DNA of 64,000 bases from Eledone cirrhosa. Lineage: Eukaryota. Numbering within the stretch: position 1 is the first letter of the stretch; every line of letters begins with the position of its first letter. Under the pieces are notes generated by a model. The model was not told the DNA's origin. It saw only the letters and a list, made by a program, of their open reading frames with translations, and did no database searches. Positions 62,047 through 64,000 of the stretch are shown in pieces. Made by a program: the position numbers and the translations under genes. The stretch is taken from positions 333,188,001-333,252,000 of the forward strand of contig OZ024742.1 of the NCBI GenBank assembly GCA_964016885.1. The letters are read 5' to 3'.

Positions 62047-62111
62047 ATTTTATTATACATATTTTAGAGGTACTGAGTTAACTTCAACAGTACCTCCTCA
62101 TCAGATAAAAT
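62047..62111 (-). ncRNA. Hammerhead relic (G12 changed to A), family A-related
   Basis: ATTTTAT-CTGATGA-GGAGGTACTG...CAGTACCTCT-AAAA-TATGTA-TA-ATAAAAT, with downstream ctgttgagtgctt as in family A. Confidence 0.7.
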
Positions 62112-62734
62112 AAGATGATGCATGACATACCCTGACATAGTAGATGGTTAAGATTCAGTCATGGTAGTGAGTAATATATGACAAAACTCAATATTTATTA
62201 CCTTAATATTGAGAACGTGAGAAAAATATATAATGCATACAATAGAGAGGGTGCGTGGGATACAGCTTAAACAATACTTGGCATCAATATAATTGTTAAA
62301 TAATTTAAATTACTCAAGAAAGAGGAAAGAAAAGAAAAGCATAGAGGAAGAAACAGAATACGGGATAATATAGTTAGTAGGGGCTTAAAAAATTAAAGGA
62401 GAGTTGATTACAGAGAGAGAGATAAAGATATAAGAGGAATAACTTATGTTCAAGTCTTTAGACAATTATCCATATATACAATATATATCCAAACATATCT
62501 GATTGACCGTTAATATTCCAAATATTTAATTTAAGTTAGTTCAGAGTAATTAATAATATTTTAGGATTTAAAAGTTAATAAGTATCTGTATTAATATTAA
62601 AGTATATTATCAAATTTAATTTCTAAAATCAAATTTTATGAAATCAAATTTAAAGGATTTACAATCAGGAGAAAGAAAACATAATGTTTTAACAACCTCG
62701 CGAAGGTAAACTTTACCAAATGTATTATATATTA

Positions 62735-62900
62735 TTGTTTCTACTTTTGGCACAAGGCATTATTGGTACTTTATTTTATCGACACCGTAAAGATGAAAGG
62801 CAAAGTTAACCTCGGCGAGATTTGAACTGAGAATGGCAAGGACCGTAACTCTATGCGTCAAAGCATGGCGTCCGACCCTCTACCGATACTGCCAATCCAC
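62735..62900 (-). mobile_element. SINE family S1 copy
   Basis: Matches 47300-47482 and 53034-53207. Confidence 0.8.
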
Positions 62901-64000
62901 ATTGACAACAGTTTATATAATATAATTTAGAAAATAATTACAGTTATAATTTATAAAGAATTTATTATTAACAATTTGAGTGCCCAAAGGATCAATAAGC
63001 CTTATAAGTGAACTTAAAAAGGCCTGAATTTTAAATTACATACATGCGTTTATCAAAAAAACACACAAATATTATATTGTCTAAAGACTTAAGATGATAC
63101 CTTTTCAAATATACATAACATAATACAATATATTAAATAAGTTACTGAAAATATTGTTAAAAATTAATGTTTTAGATTAATTATTGTAATAGGATCATCT
63201 AATAGTTATATACTATATATATATAAGTCAAAACTTCATGAGTCCTAATGATAAGGACAAGATACAAAATAAAAAGTGAAAAAGTAAAGAATTGTTTACG
63301 AAACATAAAAATGCCCAATATTAAAAAAATATAGTTTAAAATGCAGGAGGGTTTTATTATGTAGTAGACAAAAGACACTTCTAAAATGTTCACGAAGATG
63401 ATAGACAGAGGACTAAGGATTTGAATGACCCGAAGGTAATCTAAATTAAATTATATAATTAAATTAAGTTATATAATTTCGAACATTAAGGAAATATATA
63501 ACACTTATAACAATAGAGAGTCATTTGAATATCTAAATTACTTATACCTGTAACTACGAGCATGTTATTATAGTAGATAAATAAATTTGTTCAAATATAT
63601 AGAGAGAGTATTATAGGTATTAGTGAAAGGATATACATATAATAAATAAATAATTACAATCATTATTAGTAATGTTATAATTGTAGTTTTACCTCCAGTT
63701 CAGTGGAAAGAGAGACCAATATTTGTCGACTAGTATAGTTTGTGATATTTATACCTAAATATATATAAAAAATATATATGTACAAATCTAACTTTCTGAG
63801 TCCCAAAACATACCCAAAATCAGTAAAATATATAAATGTATGAATGATTTAGGGTTCAATTATAACCGGTAATCTTACAAGTTAAATATCCAAATTATAT
63901 ATTTAAAACAAAGACAAATATATATAAGGATCCGAATCAAAATTATAAATATTTAAAATAATCCAAAGGTGTGCATATTCATCAAGAGGACAAGTTAACA

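Noticed and set aside
62130-64000. Possible decayed PLE body upstream of the 62047 HHR relic
   Set aside because: I could not read any RT or GIY-YIG motif.

Overview
This is AT-rich animal genomic DNA, probably an octopus or other cephalopod (inferred from the dense (TA)n microsatellites and the tRNA-derived SINE families). The only host coding sequence is the terminal exon of a heparan sulfate 3-O-sulfotransferase gene (39387-40011, +). Its first exon is not in the window, so 1-39386 is probably intron. The rest is a transposon landscape: two Penelope-like elements (PLEs) with inverted 5' segments, two R4/Dong LINE relics in (AAT)n, a CRE-type LINE fragment, a near full-length GC-rich RTE LINE, a deleted mariner, a TRIM-sized Gypsy derivative with a 5-bp TSD, a Helitron-like element and many SINEs. 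The main signal the ORF track does not explain is about 20 minimal type I hammerhead ribozyme (HHR) motifs, about 10 with intact cores. They sit in several unrelated families of short non-coding elements inserted in (TA)n tracts, most of them arranged as foldback palindromes. One element (59316-60193) has two HHRs in tandem direct repeats 554 nt apart, the layout of a circular-RNA-producing retrozyme. All calls were made by eye, and many repeat boundaries are approximate.
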